Shown piece by piece: positions 13,141-26,272 of a stretch of DNA of 63,431 nucleotides (position 1 is its first letter; every line of letters starts with the position of its first letter). Under the pieces are notes generated by a model, which was not told where the DNA came from, did no database searches, and was given only the letters and a program-made list of their open reading frames with translations. The stretch is from the NCBI GenBank assembly GCA_000934665.2, contig KZ538537.1, positions 1 through 63,431 on the forward strand, written 5' to 3'. The position numbers and the translations under genes were made by a program. Source of the stretch: Catajapyx aquilonaris (Eukaryota).

Positions 13141-16100
13141 GAAATAATTGAAGTCCTATCCGGTGTGTACATCCCTGCGATATCATCGATTTCTATCCAA
13201 AATTTTCCACTAATGTTAACTGAATAGAACAGGAAATGTTTGCCTTATTTTGAACCTAAGTGGGCACAAAATGATCAAATGATTCCGAATCTTTTATCCG
13301 CATGTCAGCAACTTCCTCTCCCCAGCACCTTACCCTCCCACGCCACCTTCCTGGAAGGGGGTATAGAATCGACTCCAATCGCGAATTTTGGAAAGGTTTG
13401 CAGCAGGAAGAAGGGGGGCACTTGCTCTACCAGCAACTTAACAAAGACTAGAAATTTCCCGTCTCCCAAGCTGTCAAACTTTTCAAATCCTGACGAGTGT
13501 GCCAATGGTCCTCTCCTCCCCATCGTACTTCCTCCGCCCTGGCCTCCGTTTTCGGCAAAGTCACGTCTCTCTTTCCCAGCGCCTTCTCTTTACGTTTTCT
13601 GCCGCTCCTTCTTTTCTCCCTCGACACGCCTAGAAACCTGAACCAGAGGACGACAACGCCAGAAATCATACTCATGCAAACTTGGCTGCTAGGGGCGGGG
13701 AAGGGAAGAGTGCAATTTTCCTATTTTACATGACCGACCAGAATTTCAATCGTGTGCACGTATAGGGAATTAATGGGCTTCAATGTGAATGCCCTCACTC
13801 GCTTTTTGCACGGTTGACAACAGGAATCTTCAGTGTGGCGTTTTAAAATTAAGCGCGACTTTTTTGACTTGTTCCTGATTGGATCACACCAGCCAATGGC
13901 GAGGGGAAGTTTCTGGCTGCAGCCATTACTGGAACACAGTTGCTTCTCAAGTCATGTTCGGACTGTTGCGACAACAACTTGTTACTTCTGATTGCCTGCG
14001 AAGATTTTCAAGCTTCCAATCCATCTGTGTTTCACCATGATATCATCAATTCCTTGGCCAGCGGAAAAAGCCATTGGATTTGCTTTCATCGTGTAACCCA
14101 TACTTTTCCCAAGATCCTTTTTTCCGGTATCAGGAACGATGACAGAACGTGGCGAGTGAGAAGAAATTTTTATGAACAGAAAGAATGAAGTGGAGGATAG
14201 GATATAGAAGGAGGTGTCCCTGGAAAAGCAGACTAGCTCCGAAGAAGCAGGGAATGAGAAGGAAACAGATTGTGATCTTTCGCCAGGAGTGTATCTATAA
14301 ATATGGAAAAGATATGAACATGGCCTTTGGGAAAGGCTTGGAAGAGGAAGGAGGCTGGGAGGTGGAGCCATGCGGTAAGCTTTTTTGCATGCATCGCATT
14401 GCTCCTCTGTCCGCAGATTTACGACTTGCCATATTCCAATCTTATTTTATTCGGCACGTGACCTTCCGTGAGGAATGGCTGGAATTGAAAGAGTGCAAAC
14501 TTTCAACTTGAATTCGAACCATCATCATCTTCCCCGTATTGGAGAAATGGGAGGTTGGGGGGGGGGGGGATGTTTAAAATGGCCACAGGAAAAAAACGAG
14601 ATATATAGAGATGGCGTCCCAGATGGTCCAGCCTATGCACATTTTGCTTTTTGACCCCCAGTGGATTTCAATAGTCGAATCCGAGTTTGAAACAGGCTGA
14701 AGCTATATGTTTAGCATGCATGATTTTTGGCACAATTTAACATCGGTTAGACCTCAATGAGCTTCATAAAACCGGCCCTTAAACATTTAAAAGGCGTTGC
14801 CATTATGCATTCAATTGGTGGCAGAAAGTGTCAGAGGAGCCCATTCCTGCAGCCATAGAGCTGAGAGCTTTATTGTTTTATTTTCGCAATTCACAAAATC
14901 GCACGCAATGATCCGACGGCCATCATTGGTTATTCCACCCCCCCCCCCCTCCCCACAATTTCGGTGGTTATACGAAACGTGCTTGAACGACGAAGGTCTA
15001 GGTGATATATCCGCCATTATCGAGAATTGTCACGTTGACAGAGTTGAAAAAGCGAAGGGCACTCCCTATATATACGCCCATGGAATTCCTTTTACTACAT
15101 TGCATCAATTTCTACAGCATCCACCCCTTTCCCCCGCCATCAGCTCCATACTTTTATTTGCCTTGCAGGCCTGAAAGAACTTCGTCATTATCTCGAGAGC
15201 TGTGACCTCCATCATGGATGATGATGGGGAAGTGGGGTGGAGGCAGGAACATCATCCGATTGTGTGATAAGAGGAAGAGAAGAGAGAGAAAAAACACACT
15301 CGCTTGTGCAAACGCCTTTTACCACCACAAATAAAGTTACGCTGTTCAGGAACTACCCCCAATATTCATTGCAGAAGCACAATCTCGAGCGAAACTTTAC
15401 AAAACGCGAGCGATCATCTCCCCATAAAATATCGCGCTTTTTTTTCCTGAGTTGTCAAGGAACGAAAAAAGAGTTGGAAACACAGCTTCAGGTTTTTGCG
15501 CCTTCACTGCGGTACAGTTAATAAAAGATAACTGCAATAAATAAAATTATATGTAAGCCGTCTCTTGTTCTTCAATGCGTATCCATAAAAAATGATGGTC
15601 GTCATTGTCTTGGGCTTCTACAACTACCCAGCTATAGTTTCCGCAATATTATATACCCGCAAGAATTTTATCTCCTATCAGTGGAAGAAGGGTGAACCAG
15701 AAGGATCCTCTACGTCACGATGGGCCACACTTTCCTCCCGATGTCTCAGTCCGTGACCCCAACTTCGACCTTCCTCTCCCAAGGGCCAAACGATCAAAAA
15801 CTCGACCCAGCCCACCAGTTCGGAGTTGGCAAAACCAATATGGGCCTCCTTGACGCAAAGGGAGTAATGAGCAAGGGGCGAGATTGGTCGATGTTGTACT
15901 TGTCTTTTGAACACTTATTATAGACCATGACTTGTTTATAATGTTTGTATATACGTGCCTTTTGTTGGCCAGTCAGTTTCCTTGCTATTTATGGGGATGA
16001 GTCACTTCTGAATGCCTGATTCTCACTCATTCAGTTCCAATAACACATTCTACTATTGTGCCAATGTCATTCCATTCACATTCATTCATCAGTGAATTTT

Positions 16101-16519
16101 CATTCATTCCATTCACTCAATTCACGGATGATCGATTAAATCGGAATTGAATGGTTCCCATTACTGATTTATGAGAGTGGAGCTCTGTTCGACACCTCAC
16201 GAAATGAAATCCTACATCCGGCTCTTGGACGGCGCGCCGCGGAAGGGGGATGCTGGTCAACCCCCTTGCTCCATACAAATCCTAGCTTTTCTACTGACAA
16301 GTGAGTTACTACATCCCCTGCCAAAAAAATGGGTGCCCTACCAGAGAGAAAGAGAGAGAGGTGGAGTAGGGGGGAGGTAACAAATTATGGGGCCTCTTTC
16401 GATGTTCCGACCCAGGCCCCCGCCTAGCCAATCCGCCCATGCCTATTCGCCCTAGCAGCGTGACGTCCTTTATGGACTGCCCCATAGGGTCCTATACTGA
16501 TATCTGTATAATTCGGGTC

Positions 16520-16600
16520 GTTCGTCCCAGACTAAAGGCTGAGTCATACAACCAACGATTGCTACCTTCCACTCAACGACTCTTGAATACATACTGTTCC
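16520..16600 (+). mobile_element. Short LINE ORF2 C-terminal relic (L2/Rex/CR1-like)
   Basis: RPRLKAESYNQRLLPSTQRLLN resembles the PRxRTxRYxxSFLPxAIRLLN end of LINE ORF2. Confidence 0.35.
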
Positions 16601-18605
16601 TCTTCATCCAGTTCGACATTTCCCAAATGCTTCATTTTTTACAGGAACAGCGTACCTGTACAGGACTGCAGTACAAAAAAAACTATTGGTAGACCAATAG
16701 ACGACTCTTGAAATGACATAACTCGGAGGCAGCTGTGCTGGCAATCGATGCATGCATAGCCCGCCAAGTGACGGCCAGCCCTTCCCCACAACCACGCCAT
16801 ATTGGCACATGCAACTGTCGCCACCTACACGTGGACAGACCAAGGTCCATCACAGGTTAATTGACCTATTTTTGGAAATATGTTGAGTCATTTTATTAAC
16901 TACCACATTATACCAAGGGGTATATAAGAAGGGATACAGGTCTAGGTCGGTATAGGCTACTACAGGTAATATTGGAAACAGATTTAAGCCCTCAGGCTCT
17001 TTCAGGGGTGTTTGGGTCTCCTTCAATTCCAGAGTTTTTCTCTCTTGTGAAATGCCGGCTGCCCCGGCCCATATTTAATGATGCAATATTATTGCGTTTC
17101 ATGATTGACCAAGCCTCAGGCTGACCTGATTATTAGCCGATAGAGTATTATAAAACGCTTCATCACAAATCAACCGCGCCCTTTTTGAGTGCTGTGTAGC
17201 AGCATAGAGTGATTAAGGGGTGTAATGCGACACGTTTTACTAACATAAAAGGATGTGTGGGACGTGAACCGTTTTAGTTAAATTGGAGCCAAAGAAGGCC
17301 AGATTTAAAACTCAGGTTTTGTTCTATCGATTCTGGTATTTCGAAAATACGGGTTGAAATTTCGCAATATTTTCCTATGTAAAACAAAGCATATGTATAT
17401 TATCCAAAATCTCAGCTATAGAAGCATCATGTGGTGGGGAATATATCCAAATTTTCTCCATGCACACTTTTTATCATTTGTGATATTGATCACTGATCAT
17501 CCAAAAGATCTTCCCCTCTAGAGACAGAACAGTGCTCCTATTACAATATTATTCGTCACATTAATCTTGTGGATGACCAGGTGTGGGAAGGACACTGTCC
17601 AAGGGCATGCAGTAGCGAGTCCCAAAAGCATGATGCCTGACCTAAGTCCCCAAAAAATGTGTGGAAATTTAATTATAAATGCCACTACTCACTTAACACC
17701 TGTAATATGGTAATAATACACTGCATTGTCTAATAATGTGTAATCCTCCTGCCATTATGTCATCTTTTGTTCAGTCGATACAGTACACCTGCACTGTTAG
17801 TGTAACGTATACAGGACCATACTGGTTAGAACAGTCTCTATTTGAGTAAAGCTACCATGGAAGTAAACATTTTCCAGTTCATTTCAGAATATACTGTTTG
17901 ATATCCCGTAATACTCATTACTCATGTAAAGCACAGTGCTAACCATAAACAAATTGAGTAATTTGACCTGCGTTGAAAGCAGAGTAGTACAGTACCAAAT
18001 TATTTCAAAGTGCTTTATACACTAGACTACTAGAGTATTTAATGGCGTTCTTTTTTCTGGAAATTGCGCTCAAAATTTAATCACACATAATGTTTAAGCT
18101 ACTCGCTCAAAAAGATAACTTCCTGTGGTCCCTTCTTGCATTATAATAAAGGGAGCCTATTAGAGCAAGCAGGCAAATACAGGAAAAGTGGTTCTGCGAA
18201 AAGGACAGAAAATCTCAAAACGCCATTATCAGAAGCAGGTTTTAGACGCAAGGAAGCAACTTTTGCTGCAACTTTAGGGAGGCATCCTGTGCATTTCGGA
18301 TTAGAGTTTCATCTTGCCGGCTAATGCTTCTGTCCTTCCAGTTTATGCCACAACTCTCAAGTTACTGCACTCAAAATAATTATTAAGCCAAGTCTATCGA
18401 TAGTATCGTCGGAATACAAGTCCCATTTTGAGTTAATAAGGTAGCATTTTTCTACTTTATCACCTGATAAGCCAGCAAGCCAGGATTTTCGGTCTTCACT
18501 TCGATTATTGGGCTTTCTCTTGTATGCCCACAGGAATTCGTACATGTCGAATCGTAGAATTTTGGTCGAAGGAAGATAGAAAGCCTCTCTTGGTAGGGTT
18601 TTTAC

Positions 18606-18738
18606 CTGTAAATTGGCGCACCGGAACCATCCTTATACCAGAGAACGAGGTAGACCTTATCCCCTGGAAAAGGCGGTTTGGTGTCGCAAGGGAGCTCTGC
18701 TAAGCCTCCTGTCACCGCTTGCGTCGTCACCAGGGGAA
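18606..18738 (-). CDS. side: Sidestep-family Ig cell-adhesion protein, exon encoding first half of Ig1
   Basis: 133-nt exon with strong acceptor ttttcttctcttcttgcAG and donor GTaaaa, phase 1 to 2. Translates (x)PLVTTQAVTGGLAELPCDTKPPFPGDKVYLVLWYKDGSGAPIY(S), containing the B-strand Cys, the C-strand Trp and Side-typical VYLVLWYK..G.PIYS. It joins the 8171-7963 exon in frame. Confidence 0.93.
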
Positions 18739-19109
18739 CTGCAAGAAGAGAAGAAAACATCACCGTAATACACTTTCACCACTTTCTTCTGCAGAGTAGA
18801 GGACCTTCGCCGATTGGTAGTTTTTTCTTTTTTACTTTTTTTGGCCAGGGGTGGTGGAGGTTGGGGACAGGTCTAGGGGGTGGCGAATTGAGGGGGCGTG
18901 AATGGAGGAGTTAGGGGAAAGGGGGAGCTCAATTTGATATATTGGGCAGGTGGGAGGGATAAAAAGGAATCAAGTTGACGTGAAAAATGGGAGCTTTACG
19001 GGGGTAATCCTGCAACTTGAGCGGCATATTGTCCGTATTGAGTGCTTTTGGTAGTTATACAACAGGGTGGGGGAGTTTTCACGTCGGGTGCCGTCAGTTG
19101 TGGACAGGA

Positions 19110-19290
19110 TGATGTCTTCAGCAAATAGATACACATATGACAAATTAATTGGGGATAAAATGTTTGGGAGAAACGTATGCTACTTGAGAGATCAGGCAAA
19201 GGCTAGTGTCTACAAAAGCTACAATGTCACAAATTGGTTGGAATTGAGTTACGGGGATGAACAAGAGCTTCAGCGGATCAAGACGCGTGA
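19110..19290 (+). mobile_element. Possible degenerate CR1/L2 LINE ORF2 fragment
   Basis: SANR...YLRDQAKASVYKS...W....DEQELQRIK loosely matches the post-RT region KxxLYKSxxxPxLEY...W....DxxxLERVQ. Confidence 0.3.
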
Positions 19291-19413
19291 CTTAGTAAAA
19301 GCTCCAATGGCAAGGACCCATGGGAAGCGATATAATCATGTGGCCACCAATGCTATTGCCAGTTAGTTGTGGCATCTGAAGCAAGCTTATTCTATAGAAG
19401 TTTCTTGGATGTA

Positions 19414-19570
19414 CTATATGGGGGCTCAAATTCTTTTGCCCACTTTATTCTGTTCTTGAAGCAACCCTTCGCACAGGCTCCACGTTGAGGAAGTGTGTGT
19501 GTGTGTGTGTGTGTGTGAAGGGTTGCTTCAATACCAGGATAAAGTGGCCAAAAGAATTTGAGCCCCATAG
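19414..19570. mobile_element. MITE family A copy 1 (long TIRs, central (TG)n, TA TSD)
   Basis: About 58-bp TIRs GGGGCTCAAATTCTTTTG..CTTGAAGCAACCCTTC / GAAGGGTTGCTTCAA..GAATTTGAGCCCCATAG, flanked by gTA...TAc. Confidence 0.9.
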
Positions 19571-20919
19571 TACAGTCAGAAGCAAAAATATGGGCAGGAT
19601 CTACAAGAAGTTCAGTGAAAGTTTCTGAACTTGCACAAATATGGCGAAACTCAAATGATAGGACAAATCATTTATTTAGATTCGCTTTGATTTGAAACAT
19701 GCTCGTGAACACACCACCTGTCATAACTGGGTGCATCGAGGTAATTTCCCTTTCTCGTTACGTACAGATTTTGGAATGGTTCGTGTGCCCGATGGAATTT
19801 AAATGCCTCATATTGTAGTACATTTGTACATTGACCAAATCCGATTAGGTCGAAGGTAAAATGGTATTGATCAGCGTGTATACTACACGGGATTAATTAT
19901 TGGACGAATTTGCAGGATGTTCAGGCCTGATTGTTATAATGCACCAACAATGGGCACATTCTTCATTTGAGTCAGGGTATCCTAGATCAGTGACCTCTCA
20001 AGCATAGATCACGTCATTCTTTTAAAATTCCCGAACAATGGCACAGATAAGAGGTCAGCGTTAGGTTGGAAGTTGAATATGATTGGCTTAGAGCCCAGAT
20101 GGCGTCACCAATTGGGATAGAGATCGCCAAAAATAGCATAACTATTACATCGACAGTGATAACATGTTTTTCTTGATCGATTTATTTGTCAGCACCTTCA
20201 CAGTCGACTGCTGACCAAGTGTCCGATATGCAGGTTTGTCCCGAATATTACGTCAATTTCGTTCTAAACCCAATGAAGACTTGGCAATTTGACTGATTGA
20301 TTTATTTCCATCTTATCTTCACCTTGATAGGGTGCTGATGTGTTATATTGGCAGTGTTCGCTCCCTATTTTTCACATACTACATAATACTAAACACCTCA
20401 TTAATAACTCCATTTTGCTAATGTCATATTAATAATTTGACGACGCAATTACAGTAATGTACGAACTCATGAATTCGCAACTGCAACTACAGACACAACA
20501 ACAGATTCCGGACATACAGCAAGCGGAAACAATCCCAGAGCATCATCATCTACAGTCACGACTGCAACTTCATTCTTGTTCGCGTGTACTTTACACAGCA
20601 GCATACACACTCACAGCCAGCAATATACATGTAAATGTACAAGTAGCCTGCATGAAAAGTGCAGTAGTAGCAGTGCATATGCAGTTAACTTTTTTTTTTA
20701 CTAAAAAGGGGGGGGGGGGGGGNCTCGCCTTTTTCTCCGTGTATCCGGAATCATGATTGTACTGAAGTTGGTCTGGGACTTGAAAAGACGCAGCGAAAGG
20801 CCGGTAGTACCCCTCAGTTCCCTAGGTGATTCCCAAGACTTGTATGATTCACGAGAGTCATAAACGTCCAACTTTGAGCAAAGTTCCAGAAATCTGGCGA
20901 AAAACCCTCCTACTGGTTA

Positions 20920-21065
20920 GAATCTGGTAAGCCACGGCTTTTATCTCGGTAGGCCTGACAAGAAGCTTTCTCTAAAGAGATTGTCTGCGGAATTGCAGCT
21001 TCATTTTTACGGTGTTTGACTACTATGAGCCACTGAATCACTTATATCGAGTAAGGACCACTGGT
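20920..21065 (+). mobile_element. Possible degenerate Rex1/L2 LINE fragment
   Basis: KPRLYL...KKLSLKRLSAELQLHFYGV loosely matches QRLYFLRKLxxFxVSxxxLxxFY. Confidence 0.25.
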
Positions 21066-22749
21066 CTTTATGGAAACTCGCAAAAGTTTCGTGGAGAGAA
21101 GGGTAGTTACAGGAAATGCAACTATTCCTTCCTTCTTTTAAACCGAGGAGGATGGATCCAAATGCAGTAATCAATATATTAAATGGTGACGTCTGATCTT
21201 TAGCTAGAGTACGAAGGAGTATCATAAAGTTTTTTTTCTACAAGTAAGTTATGAAGGGAAGAAGATACAGCCACACAAATTCACATGTTATAGGAAGCCT
21301 ACAAGCCGCAAAAAGTTTTAATGTATTGGCTTTGGCGTGTGAACCCTACCCATCACGAATGATGTCTTTTTTCTCTCTATTCTGCTGGGTTAACCCAAAA
21401 CCAACCAAAATGGGCCCTTTCACCACTCTGCACAAGACAATTCAATTTCATTTAATCGTTTGACTACTCCGAGACTTTTTCGCATTATACTGCCGCTACA
21501 GTATATTGAGGGTAACGTCTTCTGTAGGGTTTTCCAACGGCTGCAAACAAAGAAATGTCTAAAGTACACCAGTTCACCTGAACTGAATGGAGTTACACAG
21601 GAAATTCTTGGGAGGTTGTTTTGAAAGCAGTCACCTGCATCGGTTGGCAGAAGCACAGGTTTTGCGTAGATGATGCGGCCAATACTCCCGAGACATGCCA
21701 CAGCCTAATCTCTTTTCTTCTTAAGTCTGAGCCTGCTGCCTACCTACCGCCCCATGCACCGGTTTTCCTCTTAGATCAATACTAGGCAAAGAAACAGCGC
21801 ATGGTTACCGTGGTGGAATTTAGAAGAACAGACAAAAAAAAAACGAAGAAGAAATTGACGTCTCCGGAGATCACCAGACTTGAACATTCAGCCGAAGGCA
21901 AATCACGGCTTTCAATCAGTCCCAGTTGTGGCGAAGCGCATTTCGATGTAAACATAGGCCTATGCCCCGACGCCTATTTATTTAATCTGCCGTTGGATGC
22001 TCAATTTCACTCTTAATGGCGATGGGACTCATGCTCGGCATTCAAATCATCCGACGCCACTCCAGGCGTGTTTATTTGTTTACTTTGCACCACACAAGGT
22101 TATTATGCCAAGGGGCCTCGGCCTGTAGATAAAGAGCGTGGGGGATGGAAGGCCTTCAACCGCCGCGGCTTACTCAGCAGCCGTGATGCGTTTATGGATT
22201 TCAGAATTCATTTTCATATCCCGTCTGGATTTGGGCAACCCCTTTGACAGCTCCTGAGTCATGAGATCCCAACAGCTCTTGGAAGCCTCGCCTGATTCTG
22301 CATGCGCCATTACACTCCAGCAAAAATAGGGACTTCCACTTAAGCCAGGACTCGGAAGGCTTCCGAGCAATTGGTTGCTCCCCAACAAGAGCTACAAGGC
22401 TGCTGGGAGAGAGGAAAGGCATGGGATTCCCCCAGCACATCAGCTTACCCCTACTCATCCTGCAGGAGGAGGCTGAGGAGCCCTCCAGGATGATAATTTT
22501 CTTATTCCCTTGCCGTCGGGATTATTCTGTCTCTGCATGGATGAGAGCTTCATTATGCGCCCTTTTCTGCCATACCAGCCAGACAAGTCAGATGAGATGT
22601 GCACATGTACCAGATGAATTGGGTTTGCAGAAAGGAAGTCAGTTGGGCCATGATGCAGACGACAACAATCTAGTACTGTATTGTACAAATCCGGGTCTGC
22701 TTGACCCAATTCCCTGGTTCATCCTTTAACCTCACCAACTTGATGGGTA

Positions 22750-22884
22750 TCAACATTATTTTCAAAAAGAACTGTCCTGTCGAGCGGGCAGCTCACACCT
22801 GAGGATAAACGGAACCCGTTCCGTTCATCCTGGCGTGTGAGCTGCCCGCTTGACGGGACAGTTCATTTTGAAAATTAATGTTGA
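22750..22884. repeat. Near-perfect 135-bp palindrome (MITE-like, essentially no spacer)
   Basis: TCAACATTA.TTTTCAAAA.GAACTGTCC.GTC.AGCGGGCAGCTCACAC...AACGGAAC-CC-GTTCCGTT...GTGTGAGCTGCCCGCT.GAC.GGACAGTTC.TTTTGAAAA.TAATGTTGA. Confidence 0.85.
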
Positions 22885-25800
22885 CACAATATTGCATCAT
22901 ATCAACTCTCAGACCAAATCGTGATGTGACTCACTCGAACATTCTTGGAGTGACCAGTTTGCAGTAAAACTTTATAATCTTTTTATGCTGACAGTTGCCC
23001 GCATCCGTTGCCTTGCTTGACCACCAATAGACGCCCGAGGCTTCTATATAGGGAACTGTAGCAAAAAAGTATCGAGGCAGGCTACATTGGCTGTTTCGGA
23101 ACACATGGGGCGTAGTAATTTTATCGGAACCCTGAATAGCCGCATCGGATCTATTACAGCCCTCTTGTAGTTCCGCGAAACTTCAGATTGCACTGATACA
23201 TTTCGTCAATTTACCACGTCGACACATGGGGAGAAGACAGAACAGTATCGTATACTCCCTCACACAATGTTCACTTCTTCTGCATTCCACAAAGTGAATT
23301 AACTACAACAAATAAATAAATAATCGAGTGTTTACATTTCATTTGCGGTTTTTTACTGTTATGTCACAGTCTTACGTGCCATAATAACTCTCGCTAGAAA
23401 ATCAATTTGTGTTCTATGAACACATTATATCAGTGTATGAACCACTCATATCTTAATGACTCTTTTTTGTCACTGTCGACATTGCACGGTAATGTTGCCA
23501 CTGCACATAACAGTGGGGCTGTATAAATTACACGTACAATATTTAGGGGGAAGGGAGGTAAAGCTTTGCTCGTGAAAGTACACAGAAGTGGGGTCGGTGG
23601 CTCTGTGTACAACACCTCTACTTTTTATTACGGGGGATCACATTATGGAGAGCGGTTTATGGGTTTAACCCCCTTCGAAAAAAAAGAGTCTATAAATATG
23701 CACCAAAATGAACTTTCGAATTGTTAAGGACTAATAAAATTCGAAAGAGAACGCTCCCAGCATCTAACTCTCACTCCAAATATCATAATAACTAATTTTT
23801 GTTCATTTTACTTGCATTTTTTGTTTGCATATGTGAGGAATCCCATTTAGACACATTGAAAAATGGGGTGCATGAAATGAATATGCACACAAAGAGAGGG
23901 AGGGGGATTAATAAAGCGGTATAAAAAACTGAATGCAATTAATGAACTGTCGGTCAAATTAAGGACAAACAAGCGACAGCATGGCTCAAACCTTTTTTGC
24001 AACTGGCTCACTGATAATCATTAGGTAAACCTTCATGGCGATGTAGCACTAAAGTTACACTCTTTAAACCTTGATGAAGGTACGTGGTATGCACAAGCTG
24101 TACTCAGGCAAGGTAGCTCATATAAACCTTACTCCACGTTTCAAACTCCATTACGTATACAGGCCATTTGCAACCCATAACCTCCTTAGGTTTCTTCTTT
24201 GAAGAACCAAAATCGAAAATATCGTAAAAAAAAACCAGCAGTGATAGGTCAGGCTGTCACGAACGGCTTTTATAGATGTTCCTTTCATCAGGGGGAAACA
24301 GGATTTCATCTGAAAGGGTTTCAAAAGGTTTTGCTGAAGGATAAAAACTAAAAATTTACATATGATTGATTGCACTCACTTCATATACCGCATTATGCAC
24401 TGCAGATTCTTATACAGACAGCCGTAAAATAAACTATCAGTAAGTTCAGACAATGCACATTTTGAACAAATATGACCTGCTCCATAGCCTCGCAGGTATT
24501 GCTGAATTCACAAACATACAACCACATTTTGCCAAAATGATTCTAGTCACGCGCATCCTTAGACACACTTTGCTACCAAGCACTTATAGATTCTAATTAC
24601 AAGGGCTTATTTCCCCCCGCCTCTTTTGCTAAATAGTCACCCCAGTTTCAGCCATAGAGAATCGCGTTGATTTAAAAGTGTATTCAACTCCTGAGTACAC
24701 AAAGAAACTTCTGCTCAAGAGCTTAACCTGGAATTTAGTGAAGCTAACACAGGAACGCACAAGTTATTTACATACAAAGCGCGTGTAATTTCTTGTCACA
24801 CGGAGCAAATTGCAGAGGGAGTTGCTGAGGATCCAAAGGGGTTGTGAGCTCCTGTGCTCACATAATGCGGAGGACTTTGGGAGCCGCTTCATTGCCAGCC
24901 TTCTATCCCGCTGGGCTTAACTACAAAGATAGTCATGCCATGTCTCTCCATTTTAGATCATTTCCTCCTCATTTTTGTACTGAGTGGACTGTACAATAAT
25001 TTCTCCAAAGAGGGGGAAGGTACGAATTTTTTGTTACATAATATATTTTCAAAAATCAACATTCATTTGGTAATAATCTTGTAGAGGCTGCTCTTTCACT
25101 TCGGGAGACCCCGCACTTTTTATCTTCTTTCCTATAGTCGTGTATCTGCTGAAGGATAGGTGTGTATCCGCCGGGAAGGAAAGTTAGGTCATGTGGTAGG
25201 TTGGTGCAGGGTACCCCTACCCCTGCCACATTTGGTCTCCCGATAAGAAAGTCTTTCCCTTGTAGAATGATTTGCTGTTATAAAATGGAAAATAGTACAA
25301 TTTCTCTATTTCACCATGCAGTCGCAGCAGAGTTTCAGATCGAGTGTCTTGAGCAGTGGTGGCCTACATTATGACCTCAGATTGGACGATTCCAAATTGC
25401 TGTTCATGTAGCCGCTGTTCCGGGATTATTTGATCGAGTCTGGAGTGGAGTTTCCAAAGAGAAATGTACCAGATATGGGTGGGTAGGAGGGAAAAGGGAG
25501 ACCTGTTTTGATAAATTTCCTCCTTCCCCCTGCGTGACATTTCGTTGGGAGAGAGGAAGCAGCAGAAGCTCCCGTCGGAACCGGATCTTGAAACCTTCTT
25601 CGACTGACAAGCGAGAGCCGCTGACTATTCCTTCTGACTCTACAGCGCAAGTCATTACTCAATATTTTGGAACCATTTCAAAAAACTGATTGCACGGTTA
25701 GTAGCCAACTACAATGTTTGTACTAGTTGTGATAGTTAGTCCAGAGAAATGTTGGCTTGCAAAAACCTCAAAGTCATAAGACATTTCTTAAGGGATCAAC

Positions 25801-26119
25801 ACCTGGCTGCATGTCTTCAAACTTGTGATACATTCATAGCATCCTCTATAAAAACAAGGGACGCCCATTTTGTGAGTGACTCACGTCAAATAAGTATCCT
25901 AGTTACGCTGTCGAGCAACTAGGAATTTTTACGAGGCCGCATTCTGGCGAGCATGGGATGCTCATGGGTCACGGTGGGAGGAATCTTCGTAATTGCAATA
26001 TTAATATGTAGAATTTTTTCTTTGAAAGTGAGCTGATATGCACTATATTTTCGACCAATATAGGCTTATGTGTGAATATTTTTTTATCTTACAGATCGTT
26101 TTCCAATAAAGGGATTTGG

Positions 26120-26272
26120 GTCCGTTTACTACACTATCGCCAACCTTCTGTTGACCCTGGGAGACAAAAAATCGCGAAAAACGGGAACAAGGTCCGTACC
26201 AAGTGAAGTTGGCTGGCCACAGAATGGAACCCACAGCCTGGCTGCAGTGATGGCATAACCACTAAACCACGG
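26120..26272 (-). mobile_element. tRNA-derived SINE, family S1 copy 3 (diverged, inverted)
   Basis: Minus strand reads CCGTGGTTTAGTGGTTATG...GGGTTCCATTC...CAACTTCACTTGGTACGGA, matching the S1 head and core. Left boundary is approximate. Confidence 0.6.

Larger units (their letters stand above)
8172..18605 (-). other. 10,434-bp phase-2 GT-AG intron of the Side-family gene
   Basis: Donor GTaaaa at 18605 and acceptor AG ending at 8172. Splicing gives TAC AG|C TTT = Y-S-F in frame. Confidence 0.88.

Noticed and set aside
13240..13733. Cluster of overlapping Pro/Ser-rich ORFs
   Set aside because: Pyrimidine-rich low-complexity sequence without domain motifs or coherent splice sites.
18357..18600. 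Possible LINE zinc-knuckle fragment
   Set aside because: Only a chance CxxxC, with no supporting motifs; it lies immediately inside the Side intron.
22175..22392. Minus-strand AG...GTAAGC exon-like segment
   Set aside because: The open frame ends in phase 2, incompatible with the phase-1 acceptor of the 18738 exon, and the peptide is unrecognisable.
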